Below are positions 1 to 9,027 of a stretch of DNA of 64,000 nt, piece by piece. Origin of the DNA: a virus (Duplodnaviria; Caudoviricetes); IMG/VR virus record IMGVR_UViG_3300014204_000162, positions 1-64,000 of that record. One strand, 5' to 3'. Made by a program: the position numbers and the translations under genes. The notes under the pieces were generated by a model. That model saw only the letters and a list, made by a program, of their open reading frames with translations. It had not been told where the DNA came from and ran no database searches. Position 1 is the first letter of the stretch; every line of letters begins with the position of its first letter.

Positions 1-128
1 AAGTGGATACCGACTACCACAATAATTGACAGGATAAACAATAAAGCGGCATGAAAAAGGCTGATGAAGCAAGGATTAATAGTAGGAAGACATAATCAAT
101 AAGACAACCAACACAAAGGAGGGATAAG

Positions 129-953
129 TTGAACGAGTTAGCAGCAGCAAACATTATTAATCAGGACAGTACATTATTAACACCAATTGAAGTTATGTTA
201 GGGGTTGACGAGCAGGGCAGAACAACAGCAAGAAAATTATATGAGTTTTTAGGGCTTGCAGTAGGGCAATTCTCGAGATGGGGCAGAACAAATATTCTCG
301 AAAATCAATTTGCGGTAGCTGGAGAGGATTACGAGGGGTTCGACATCAATGTCGAGGGGAACATGACTAAAGATTATAAATTGTCAGCATCGTTTGCCAA
401 AAAGTTGGCAATGGGTACGCATAACGAGCGAGGGGAACAGGCTAAAAATTATTTTATTAAAGTCGAGGACAAACTTAAGCAAGTTGCAATTGATATGTCA
501 GCATTAAGCCTGGAAACGCAACTATTACTTAAATTAAGTCAGTCAATAGCCAAAAATGAACTTGAGCAGAAAAAGCTACAAACTGAGGTAAAAGAGACTA
601 AGGAAGAAGTGCAAGCCATCAAGGACATAATTATTATCAATCCCAAGGCTGAATGGCGTAGGGAAACAAACAGGATATTAAACACGATAGCTAAAGACTC
701 AGGCCAGTACAAGGAAATTAAAGAGGAAGTTTACATGGCGCTTAAAGAGCGTGGCAAATGCAGGCCAAAGACTTTAATTAGCAATTTACAAGATAGGGCA
801 ATAAAAAACGGTATGGCTCCAAGTAAGGCAGGTGATCTTAACGTCCTAGATGTGCTGGAGAATGACGCAAGACTTAGAGAGGTCTACATTCAGATAGTTA
901 AAGAAATGGCTATAAAGTACGGAGTAAAGGTTAAGCAAGAACAGGCATGCTAA
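129..953 (+). CDS. Phage antirepressor (AntA/AntB-type N-terminus, coiled-coil C-terminus)
   Basis: TARKLYEFLGL..FSRW...NILEN.FA..GEDY and 'FAKKLAM...RGEQAKNYFIKVE' are typical of AntA/AntB antirepressors; SD GGAGG upstream. Confidence 0.8.
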   Translation: MNELAAANIINQDSTLLTPIEVMLGVDEQGRTTARKLYEFLGLAVGQFSRWGRTNILENQFAVAGEDYEGFDINVEGNMTKDYKLSASFAKKLAMGTHNERGEQAKNYFIKVEDKLKQVAIDMSALSLETQLLLKLSQSIAKNELEQKKLQTEVKETKEEVQAIKDIIIINPKAEWRRETNRILNTIAKDSGQYKEIKEEVYMALKERGKCRPKTLISNLQDRAIKNGMAPSKAGDLNVLDVLENDARLREVYIQIVKEMAIKYGVKVKQEQAC

Positions 954-1015
954 AAACAATCAAGCAGCTAGAGCAGAGGAGAGCTAGGGAAATAATGGGA
1001 AAGGAGGTGAAAAAG

Positions 1016-1231
1016 ATGGAGGATATGAAAAAAGAGTGTATTAACCAGGGAGTGGAAGTCCCGGATCAGTACACATTGAGAAATAAACAATTAAAAGACA
1101 TCGAGACTGAAATTTATAAACTGTTTGATGAAAATGAAGTTACTTTTTTAGAGTATCAAAAGATTATTTCATCGATAAGTTTCAGCCTGAGAGAAGCAAG
1201 TGTTTTTACACTTAGTAAACTGAATAAATAG
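1016..1231 (+). CDS. Hypothetical phage protein (71 aa); start moved to ATG 1016
   Basis: AAGGAGGTG SD directly upstream of ATG 1016, in frame with ORF 947..1231. Confidence 0.6.
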   Translation: MEDMKKECINQGVEVPDQYTLRNKQLKDIETEIYKLFDENEVTFLEYQKIISSISFSLREASVFTLSKLNK

Positions 1232-1232
1232 C

Positions 1233-1412
1233 TTACTTTTTAGATTGTTCTTCAATTAATTGATTGTAGACTTCAATGTAACGCTTGTAGTAATTGGCAG
1301 TTAAAGCTTTTATATCATCAGCTTTGCATTCGTTATACATGTTGTATTTACTTAAAATGCCAATGGCAACGTCATTGAAATGTTCATGATTTATTTTAGT
1401 AATTTTGTCCAT
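1233..1412 (-). CDS. Small antisense-oriented hypothetical protein (MDKITKINHEHF...)
   Basis: Minus-strand SD GGGAGG (1421-1426) correctly spaced from ATG at 1412. Confidence 0.65.
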   Translation of the reverse strand: MDKITKINHEHFNDVAIGILSKYNMYNECKADDIKALTANYYKRYIEVYNQLIEEQSKK

Positions 1413-1676
1413 AATATGCACCTCCCTTCAAACAAATTTTACCACCAATGGGAGGACAAGCAAATGGGAAAGGAGGTGAAAAACACGATACATTCTATCA
1501 TTAATCATGTTACCTTGTACGGTTGGGAATGGTTCGTAGAGATGTGGATACCAAAGCGTATCGGCAGTATCAACGCCGGTTACGGCAGCAGACACAGCAG
1601 GATAGACAGGTTGTTATCTCTAGGGCATCGGTGGCGGGGAGACGTCTTATAAAAAATATAAGGAGGAATATATAAA

Positions 1677-2339
1677 ATGGCAAGTTCAAAAGTGAAGGAA
1701 GTAATTGAAATACCGGCAATAAATATTAAAGAGGTAAATTTGACAGTGGTTGGAGACTCAAGTCTTATCGTTCATAGGTTTGATGATAAGAGCAGGAGAC
1801 AGATACTTGAAAAGCAAATGAAAAAGGCTACTTCAAAAGCTAAACAGCATGAAATAAAAAATCCAGTTTTGGATTTTATCAACAGCATGTACTGGTTAGA
1901 GGGTAAGCCAGATGAAGAAGATTGCAAGACCCCGGAGGATGCAGAAAAGGCATTTAAAAAGGCAATAGAAAATGGCGCAAGATTCGGTTTCCCTTCGATA
2001 GCTTTTAAATCAGCGGCAGTATCAGCGGGTTATCGGTCAGGTATAACAAAAGATAAAGTTTCATCTTATGGAGCATTTCATATTGATAGTGAATTCGCAG
2101 AAATACAAGGTGTACCAGAAATAAGAGAAGATATGGTACGCATTATGGGTACAAGCGCTGACATAAGGTACAGAGGTGAATTCAAAAGGTGGAAAACGAT
2201 TTTTAGTGTTAAGTATGATGCTGGAATGTTCAGTCTTGAACAGGTAATAAATCTATTTAACCGTGGCGGTTTTAATTGTGGCATAGGTGAATGGAGACCT
2301 GAAAAAGGCGGCGAGCATGGTAAATTCCACATTGAATAA
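1677..2339 (+). CDS. Cas7/RAMP-like RNA-binding protein (candidate Vipr-type effector)
   Basis: N-terminal beta strand 'VNLTVVGDSSLIVHRF', central 'FGFPSIAFKSAAVSAG', and C-terminal glycine-rich loop 'GGFNCGIGEWRPEKGGEHGKFHI' resembling the RAMP G-loop; directly followed by a GGY-NN array; strong SD. Confidence 0.75.
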   Translation: MASSKVKEVIEIPAINIKEVNLTVVGDSSLIVHRFDDKSRRQILEKQMKKATSKAKQHEIKNPVLDFINSMYWLEGKPDEEDCKTPEDAEKAFKKAIENGARFGFPSIAFKSAAVSAGYRSGITKDKVSSYGAFHIDSEFAEIQGVPEIREDMVRIMGTSADIRYRGEFKRWKTIFSVKYDAGMFSLEQVINLFNRGGFNCGIGEWRPEKGGEHGKFHIE

Positions 2340-2364
2340 TTAATATAAGGTACATGTTGGTTTT

Positions 2365-2547
2365 GGCAGGCAAGGCGCGGCGGGGTTTGGTGTGTTCGGG
2401 TCTGGTGTGGTCAGGTACGGCAGGCTAGGCGGGGTCCGGCAAGGTTTGTTGTTGTGAGGTAAGACATGGTGTGGCAGGCGTGGCGAGGTGAGGTACGGTA
2501 TGGTGCGGTGCGGTTTGGTTTGGCATGGCGGGGTATGGCAGGCATGG
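2365..2547 (+). ncRNA. GGY-NN pentamer array (putative guide RNA locus), three units of 10, 10 and 12 pentamers delimited by GGCA tetramers
   Basis: GGCA at 2365-68, 2419-22, 2473-76 and 2537-40; strict 5-nt register between them; 28 of 32 pentamers begin GGT or GGC; GC-rich island in AT-rich DNA. RNA function is inferred. Confidence 0.8.
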
Positions 2548-2565
2548 AGTAAAGGGGGTGAAAAA

Positions 2566-3081
2566 ATGATTTACCAATGGAAAACGGGTTTTAATGTTAA
2601 GGACATTGACGCACAAAGAACAGGTGAATACTTTGATAGCATTGAAAAAAGGGATGGTCATGTTAACCCAAAAACAATTATAGACGAAGCAAAAGACGAA
2701 AAAGCTTTATTACATAGTTGTTTTGAATGGAATAATAACGTAGCGGCTGAAAAGTATAGGGTTGCACAGGCAAGAAACATAATAGGCAACATAATAACCG
2801 TACAGGTAAAAGAGTCGCCCAAAGAAACTCTATACGCTAAAGCAGGAGTTAAGGAAGAACCAACTCAAGTAAGCTCAAGGGCATTTGTAAACGTTAAAAA
2901 TGCAGAGGAAAAGAAGATTTATGTTTCAATTGCAACTGCATTGAATGACGATACTATGCATGACAATTTATTGGAAGAAGCAAAACAAGAACTCATAAAC
3001 TTTAAAAACAAATATTCAAAACTAAGAGAATTTGCAGAGCTATTCAGCGAGATTGACAAGACACTTGGAAAAGTAAGCTGA
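2566..3081 (+). CDS. Conserved phage hypothetical protein directly downstream of the array; start at ATG 2566
   Basis: SD GGGGGTG before ATG 2566; motif 'LHSCFEWNNNVAAEKYRVAQARNII'. The upstream extension in the ORF track is translated array sequence. Confidence 0.75.
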   Translation: MIYQWKTGFNVKDIDAQRTGEYFDSIEKRDGHVNPKTIIDEAKDEKALLHSCFEWNNNVAAEKYRVAQARNIIGNIITVQVKESPKETLYAKAGVKEEPTQVSSRAFVNVKNAEEKKIYVSIATALNDDTMHDNLLEEAKQELINFKNKYSKLREFAELFSEIDKTLGKVS

Positions 3082-3192
3082 GGAGGTAACTATTTTTGAG
3101 CCTTAAGCAACTAAGGGCATATATAAACTTCTGCATGAGCAATGGACACGAAGCTACATGGACTGGCCTGAAAATATGGAGGAGGAGTATGC

Positions 3193-3408
3193 GTGTATAA
3201 ATGGTTAAAATCACTGTTCAAGAGAAAAGGAGGAATTACTGTGAAGGGTAAAAAAGTTGATTATACCAGGACTTGTGTTGAGGAGAGAATCGGACGCCAG
3301 CTATCAGATGAGCAGTACCGGAGGGCGGTTGAGGCATCGTATAAAGAAGATGAGAAATGCCGGAACTTGCAGGAGCGTATTAATACGATTGCGAGGTGCA
3401 CGAGATGA
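3193..3408 (+). CDS. Hypothetical protein
   Basis: ORF with SD GGAGGAGG; operon-like packing. Confidence 0.5.
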   Translation: MYKWLKSLFKRKGGITVKGKKVDYTRTCVEERIGRQLSDEQYRRAVEASYKEDEKCRNLQERINTIARCTR

Positions 3409-3590
3409 TGAGCATAAAAGTCGGCAGCAAGGTTTTGGCTAAATCGCCAGATGATGCAACACCTCACGGCAGGAGAAAAGTGGTTAAAAGCGGTATCGTG
3501 TTAAAAGTTTATGACAGGTTTGTACTTGTACAGTTTCCACAGCGTAAGGAATGTTTCTTTCTAAGTGATCTGGAGGAGGTAGCGGATTGA
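3405..3590 (+). CDS. Hypothetical protein
   Basis: ATGA overlap with the previous gene; overlaps the next gene. Confidence 0.5.
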   Translation: MMSIKVGSKVLAKSPDDATPHGRRKVVKSGIVLKVYDRFVLVQFPQRKECFFLSDLEEVAD

Positions 3591-4369
3591 AAAAGTATTA
3601 TTTCAGCAAAGAGAAATTTAAGGAGAGCGGTGATGGGGCCCTATTGATGGGCGGAACAGATGATGGCGAGGAAGTAGTTTTCAATGGCACTAGGTTTGGC
3701 AGAGCAGTTATACATGGCGATGTAATTAATAAGGAATGGTGTATTGAAAAAGGCAACAGAGAGTTCAAAGTTGGTGACAAGGTACGTATCCGGCAGTGGG
3801 ACGACATGGTGAAGGAGTTCGGGTTAAGGTCACCTACGTATATAAACTGCAATGGAACTTTCACAGGAGATATGAAATATCTTTGCGGTAAAGAAATAAT
3901 AATAAGGAAAATTGATGAGGATGGTTGCATTCAAAACATTGATGGTTTCAATATTGCGACTGACATGCTCGAACATATCGAAAAAAACGAACTGGAACCA
4001 CAACCTAAAGGGTTTAGTACAGCCTTTATGATGCAGCAGCTTAGTAACTGCAGGGACAAGGTATTCAAACGCACGACTGACGACCAGACGATGAAAATAG
4101 GTAGAAATGAGAGCTTTGAGTTTCAACCTGGTTATAAAAGACTAAGCCCCGATGATAGATGGGTTGAGGTATCGCAAGAGAAAGAAGTGACTTTTATAGA
4201 AGCTGTCAAGGCGTTTGATAAAGGGGAAACCATTGCCTGCAAAAATAATGGATTGGAATGTATATACTCCCTTAAAATTGCAAATGGGAATTATATGCAT
4301 GATCATAATGGATACTCAATTAGTTCTGCTGAAATACTAATGGGCCGATGGTTTATAAAAAATGATTAA
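3587..4369 (+). CDS. Hypothetical phage protein (modular; contains 'FKVGDKVRIR' SH3-like motif)
   Basis: 260-aa ORF with SD GGAGG, coupled to neighbours. Confidence 0.65.
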   Translation: MKKYYFSKEKFKESGDGALLMGGTDDGEEVVFNGTRFGRAVIHGDVINKEWCIEKGNREFKVGDKVRIRQWDDMVKEFGLRSPTYINCNGTFTGDMKYLCGKEIIIRKIDEDGCIQNIDGFNIATDMLEHIEKNELEPQPKGFSTAFMMQQLSNCRDKVFKRTTDDQTMKIGRNESFEFQPGYKRLSPDDRWVEVSQEKEVTFIEAVKAFDKGETIACKNNGLECIYSLKIANGNYMHDHNGYSISSAEILMGRWFIKND

Positions 4370-4544
4370 CATTGATAAAGAAAATATTCTGCTCCACGAA
4401 AAAGACATATTAACGCTCAACATTGAGAAAAGGGCGCTACAAAAGAAAATTGAGAAGATTGACAGAGAAATTGAGAATATAAGAGGTTACAACCGAGAGA
4501 TGAAGGGTAGGCAGACGATGAGCGACAAACCTCTGGAAGATTAG
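4362..4544 (+). CDS. Hypothetical coiled-coil protein
   Basis: Overlapping start; heptad-like charged sequence. Confidence 0.45.
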   Translation: MINIDKENILLHEKDILTLNIEKRALQKKIEKIDREIENIRGYNREMKGRQTMSDKPLED

Positions 4545-4590
4545 GCATAGGCTGTAAAGTATTGCATACCTTTAGGGGTGCAGAAATGGA

Positions 4591-5181
4591 GTGAATTTAA
4601 TGAATAAGGGTTTTAAATCATTGATAGAAACAACAGTAAAGGGATTAAGGGAAAAGACTGATTTTACAGGCAGATGGTGTGAAAACTTTACAGAGGAATG
4701 TATTGATAAGCTTAAAGATTACGCAGGAAAAGGAACGGATTGCGGTAAAAAATGTGAATATTGTGATAAGTTCAAGTGGATTATAAATAGGGCAAAGCAT
4801 TATGGTGAAAAGTTAAATCTTAATTGGGAAGATATACTTGATTCATGGGAAAAGGATAGACGATATTGGTATTTGAATTATTACCAAGAATCCAATCAAC
4901 CCGAGATTAAAGGCGATAAAGTTAAAGTATTTGAATCCGTTGAAGATATGCTTAAAAGCATTGGAGAAAGGAAATTCCGTTGCCCATCATGCGGTGGCAT
5001 TACAACAGATCCATATAAATGTAATAGCGGTATTAAAATAGGTAAGGGTAAAAATACTAAAGTATGTGACTGGAAAGTTTATGGGTTATTTGGTGATTTA
5101 GGTAAAGGTATTTATGTATATTGCAAAGATAAATTAAAAGGACAGACAATATTTATACCTATATCTTGGGAAGAAAAGTAG
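4591..5181 (+). CDS. Hypothetical Cys-rich phage protein
   Basis: CxxxCxxC and CxxC motifs; 196-aa ORF. Confidence 0.6.
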   Translation: MNLMNKGFKSLIETTVKGLREKTDFTGRWCENFTEECIDKLKDYAGKGTDCGKKCEYCDKFKWIINRAKHYGEKLNLNWEDILDSWEKDRRYWYLNYYQESNQPEIKGDKVKVFESVEDMLKSIGERKFRCPSCGGITTDPYKCNSGIKIGKGKNTKVCDWKVYGLFGDLGKGIYVYCKDKLKGQTIFIPISWEEK

Positions 5182-5318
5182 TACACATTTCAAAGTTTAA
5201 CCGGAGATGTCATAAAATTATGAGAATAAACATAAAAAAAGGGCTTATAAAAGCCCGATAATAAAAAACCCACTGCCATTATAACACGGCAGAAACGAAT
5301 TTAAAAGGAGGAAAGTAA

Positions 5319-7367
5319 TTGTCAAAAGTTATCATTCTTAAACAACTAAAGCTAAAGAACTTTAAGGGCATAAAAGAGTTTGCTCTCAACACTGGAGGAT
5401 ACGACATAAATGTCTATGGCAATAACGGTACCGGCAAAACAACACTGTTTGATGGATTCTTATGGTTGCTATTCGGCAAAGACAGTGCAGATTTAAGTAA
5501 GTTTGATGTACAACCACTTGACAGCCAAAACAACGTTATCCACATGCTTGATACTGAGGTTGAGGGCGCATTAAGCATAGACAACAAGAATATGACATTT
5601 AAAAAGGTGCTGAAAGAAAAATGGGTAAAAAAACGTGGTGAAGTTAATGCAGAACTAAAAGGAACAGAAACATCATACTATATCGACGAAGTGCCAATGA
5701 AAGAAGGTGAGTATAAGCAACAGGTAAGCAACATTACAGGCGGTGAGGATATATTCAAGCTTATAACAAATCCTATGTACTTCAGCACAGTCTTGAAATG
5801 GCAGGATAGGCGTAAGATTGTTACTCAGATAACAGGCGATATATCGGATGAACAGGTTATTAATTACAAGGATGAGTTAAAACCGCTGGCAAAACTGCTA
5901 CATGACACCGACATTGAAAAACTGAAAATAAGCATTTCCGCAAAGTTAAAGAAGCTTAAAAAGGATAAAGAGGATATCCCGGCAAGGGTGGATGAACTCA
6001 ACATGTCCATAAAGGATATTGACTTTGACGCCCTGGATACTCAAAAGCGCAGCATTATGTTTGGAATGAACAACATCGACGACCAATTAGCAGATAGCAG
6101 CAAAGTTGATGAAGCGGCCCTACAAGGCAAAAAGAAGCTGTATGAGCTGCAAAGCAAACTGCTGGTATTAAAACAGAGCATTGACAGCGAAGCTATAAAA
6201 CCACTTGAAGAATATAAAAAGCAAATTGCAACAGAGGAAAAGAATTTCTATACCGTTCAATCAGCAATGGACAAGATCAATTATGAAATTCAAAGCAAGG
6301 AGGTTGAAGTCTCCAGGATTCAAAAGTTGAACGATGACCTAAGGGACAAATGGAAGGTTGAGAACAGTAAAACTTTTGAAATGCCAGAAGATTCACTTGT
6401 GTGTCCTACTTGCAAAAGACCCTTTGATGAAGACGATATTGATGCCAAGCGTCAGGAAATGGAGGGAAACTTCAATCTTCGTAAAGCGGATATTTTAAAA
6501 GGCATAAATGCAGACGGTAAGGCTAACAAAGAGAAAATAGACAAGTTAAATGCTGAGGTAGCAGAGCTGCAAAAGCGATATAAGGAAATTGACAAGGAAC
6601 TAAATAATATAGCCGATAAGAAGATTGCTCTCCAGGATGGCATTGATAATTTTAAGGTGGATATAGACTACAGCTCCAATTCTGAGTATGCAGCAATCCA
6701 GGATGGAATAAAAGCTATCGAAGCTAAATCAGATAAGAAAGACGACAATGAGTTATTGCAGGTTCAGCAGTTGAAATCAAAGAAGGCTGAACTTGAAAAA
6801 GAACTGGAAACAATCAATAATCAACTCGCCTATAAAGAAACCAATGAAAGTGCTAAAAAGCGTATCAAAGAACTACAAGAGCAAGAAAAAAACCTTGCGC
6901 AGCAGATAGCAGATATTGAAAAGACAGAATATCTCACAGAGCAATTTACAAAGGCAAAAGTTGAACTACTGGAATCTAGTATAAACAGCAAGTTTAAATA
7001 CGTAAGATTCCGCATGTTTAAGAATCAGGTAAACGGGGGCATAGAGGAAGATTGTGAGCCGCTTATAAAAGGTGTGCCTTTTAACACAAACCTTAACAGC
7101 GGGGCTAAAACCAACGCGGGAATCGACATTATAAATACGCTATGCAATTACTATCAGATCAATGCACCTGTATTCCTGGATAATTGTGAGTCAGTCACAG
7201 AAATAATACCCACTCAGGGACAGATCATAAGATTAATAGTGCCAACACCATATGAACGATTAGACTCTACAACAAAACAAGCATGGATAGATAAATACAA
7301 AGATGGGGCTGAGGCCGCTTATTACAAGAGTATTAATACTTTAAGAATAGAAAGGGTGGATGAATAA
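5319..7367 (+). CDS. SMC/SbcC-like AAA ATPase of the phage recombination module
   Basis: Walker A GNNGTGKTT, long coiled coil with central CPTC zinc hook, C-terminal signature 'LNSGAK' and 'VFLDNCES'. Confidence 0.85.
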   Translation: MSKVIILKQLKLKNFKGIKEFALNTGGYDINVYGNNGTGKTTLFDGFLWLLFGKDSADLSKFDVQPLDSQNNVIHMLDTEVEGALSIDNKNMTFKKVLKEKWVKKRGEVNAELKGTETSYYIDEVPMKEGEYKQQVSNITGGEDIFKLITNPMYFSTVLKWQDRRKIVTQITGDISDEQVINYKDELKPLAKLLHDTDIEKLKISISAKLKKLKKDKEDIPARVDELNMSIKDIDFDALDTQKRSIMFGMNNIDDQLADSSKVDEAALQGKKKLYELQSKLLVLKQSIDSEAIKPLEEYKKQIATEEKNFYTVQSAMDKINYEIQSKEVEVSRIQKLNDDLRDKWKVENSKTFEMPEDSLVCPTCKRPFDEDDIDAKRQEMEGNFNLRKADILKGINADGKANKEKIDKLNAEVAELQKRYKEIDKELNNIADKKIALQDGIDNFKVDIDYSSNSEYAAIQDGIKAIEAKSDKKDDNELLQVQQLKSKKAELEKELETINNQLAYKETNESAKKRIKELQEQEKNLAQQIADIEKTEYLTEQFTKAKVELLESSINSKFKYVRFRMFKNQVNGGIEEDCEPLIKGVPFNTNLNSGAKTNAGIDIINTLCNYYQINAPVFLDNCESVTEIIPTQGQIIRLIVPTPYERLDSTTKQAWIDKYKDGAEAAYYKSINTLRIERVDE

Positions 7368-8305
7368 TGGCAAATGTAAATAAGCAAGAAACTGCAACAG
7401 TAGCAAAAACTATACAGGAGAAAAGTATAACTGATGAGGTATGGACAAGGATAAATTCTCTGCAGGAAAAAGGAGAACTCCAACTTCCTAAAAACTATAG
7501 CGCCGCAAATGCTCTTAAAAGTGCATGGCTGATATTACAGGAGGTAGAAAACAGAGAGCACAAGCCGGTACTCCAGGCTTGCAGCAGAGTTAGTATTTGC
7601 AATGCTTTACTTGATATGACAATTCAAGGGTTAACCCCTGCAAAGAAACAATGCTACTTTGTAGCATTTGGTAACAAACTACAGCTTATGCGTAGCTACA
7701 TGGGCGATATTGCCGTTACAAAGCGTATTAAAGGCGTTAAAGATGTTAAACCTTATTGCTTATTCGAGGGTGACCAACTTGATACTGAATATAACGTTGA
7801 TACAGCAGTATTAAAAGTAACCAAATATGTTCCTGATTTTAAAAATATAGACATAGCTAAAATAACCGGTGCTTTTATGGTTGTAGTTGGTGAAAACGGG
7901 CCTCTGCATACTGAAATAATGACTATGGCACAGATTAAAAGAGCATGGGCACAGGGTGCAGCAAAAGGCAATTCAGGAGCACATCAGAATTTTACCGAAG
8001 AAATGGCAAAAAAAACAGTTATACATAGAGGGTGCAAGGCTTTTATTAACACGTCAGACGATAGTGACCTACTCACAGATTCATACAATAGAAGTCTTTC
8101 AGAGGATGACGAAAACATCGTACAGGCCGATTATGAAGTATCAGGGGAAATAAAAGAAAATGCTAACGTAACACCCATTGATATAAAAGCTGATAGCAAG
8201 CCTACTGAATCAGAGCCTGTAAGTGGGGCTGCAAAATCAGATAAACAGCAGCAAAACAAGCAACCAGATAGCCAGCAAATGGCAATGGAACAACCTGAAT
8301 TCTGA
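7367..8305 (+). CDS. recT: RecT-family single-strand annealing recombinase
   Basis: 'SICNALLDMTIQGLTPAKKQCYFVAFG..LQLMRSYMG' and 'EEMAKKTVI' RecT motifs; acidic tail. Confidence 0.85.
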   Translation: MANVNKQETATVAKTIQEKSITDEVWTRINSLQEKGELQLPKNYSAANALKSAWLILQEVENREHKPVLQACSRVSICNALLDMTIQGLTPAKKQCYFVAFGNKLQLMRSYMGDIAVTKRIKGVKDVKPYCLFEGDQLDTEYNVDTAVLKVTKYVPDFKNIDIAKITGAFMVVVGENGPLHTEIMTMAQIKRAWAQGAAKGNSGAHQNFTEEMAKKTVIHRGCKAFINTSDDSDLLTDSYNRSLSEDDENIVQADYEVSGEIKENANVTPIDIKADSKPTESEPVSGAAKSDKQQQNKQPDSQQMAMEQPEF

Positions 8306-9015
8306 TGCGACTAAAGGTTTTAGGTTCCGGAAGCAAAGGCAATTGCTATGTGCTGCAAGGGGAGAAGGAAACCCTTCTCCTTGAGGGGGGGATTAATTAC
8401 AAAGAGATTTTAAAAGGATTGGATTTCAATATATCAAATGTCAGTTGCCTAATATCGCATGAGCATAAAGATCATTCAAAGGCGTTGCAAGAATTGCTTA
8501 ATAACGGTATAGACGTTTACACAGGCATGGAAACGGCAAAGGGGCAAGTACACTATAGACTCAAATTTATAAAAGCAGGGGAGCAATTCAACATGAATGA
8601 ATTTATAATATTGCCCTTTGACCTGCAACATGATGTGCCAAACTTAGGGTTTCTTATTCAGCATCCGGAAATAGGCAAGTTAATTTACCTTACTGACACT
8701 TACTATTGCAAATACAAATTTAACAGCTTAAATTGCATCATGATTGAGTGCAACTACAGCAAAGAGATACTCGATGAGAACTTGTACAGTGGGAACCTTA
8801 TCCCGGTATTGCGAGACAGGATAGTTGAAAGCCACTTTTCCCTTGAAAATGTAAAGGAGTTTTTAAAGGCAAATGACCTATCGCAAGTCAAGAACATAGT
8901 TCTACTGCATTTGAGTGACGGCAACAGCAACGCAGAGCAGTTTAAGCAAGATATAGAGGCATTGACAGGCATACCAACATATATAGCTGTAAAAGGCTTA
9001 GAGATTGAGTTATAG
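8305..9015 (+). CDS. Metallo-beta-lactamase-fold hydrolase (phage exonuclease partner of RecT)
   Basis: LGSGSKGNCY, SHEHKDH, HD, TDT, HLS motifs. Confidence 0.85.
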   Translation: MRLKVLGSGSKGNCYVLQGEKETLLLEGGINYKEILKGLDFNISNVSCLISHEHKDHSKALQELLNNGIDVYTGMETAKGQVHYRLKFIKAGEQFNMNEFIILPFDLQHDVPNLGFLIQHPEIGKLIYLTDTYYCKYKFNSLNCIMIECNYSKEILDENLYSGNLIPVLRDRIVESHFSLENVKEFLKANDLSQVKNIVLLHLSDGNSNAEQFKQDIEALTGIPTYIAVKGLEIEL

Positions 9016-9027
9016 GAGGTAAAAATA

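Larger units (their letters stand above)
994..1483 (+). repeat. 21-bp exact direct repeat AATGGGAAAGGAGGTGAAAAA at 994-1014 and 1463-1483
   Basis: Read directly from the sequence; both ORF translations contain MGKEVK. Confidence 0.9.

Noticed and set aside
2365-2547. Array read as a CRISPR array or simple microsatellite
   Set aside because: No 25-45-nt repeats with unique spacers and no cas1/cas2. The variable dinucleotides and regular GGCA phase breaks do not fit a slippage-generated satellite.
2425-2661. Minus-strand ORF and the N-terminal extension (2488-2565) of the next gene
   Set aside because: Both are translations of the pentamer array (Pro/His/Thr- or Gly/Trp-rich); the SD-supported start is ATG 2566.
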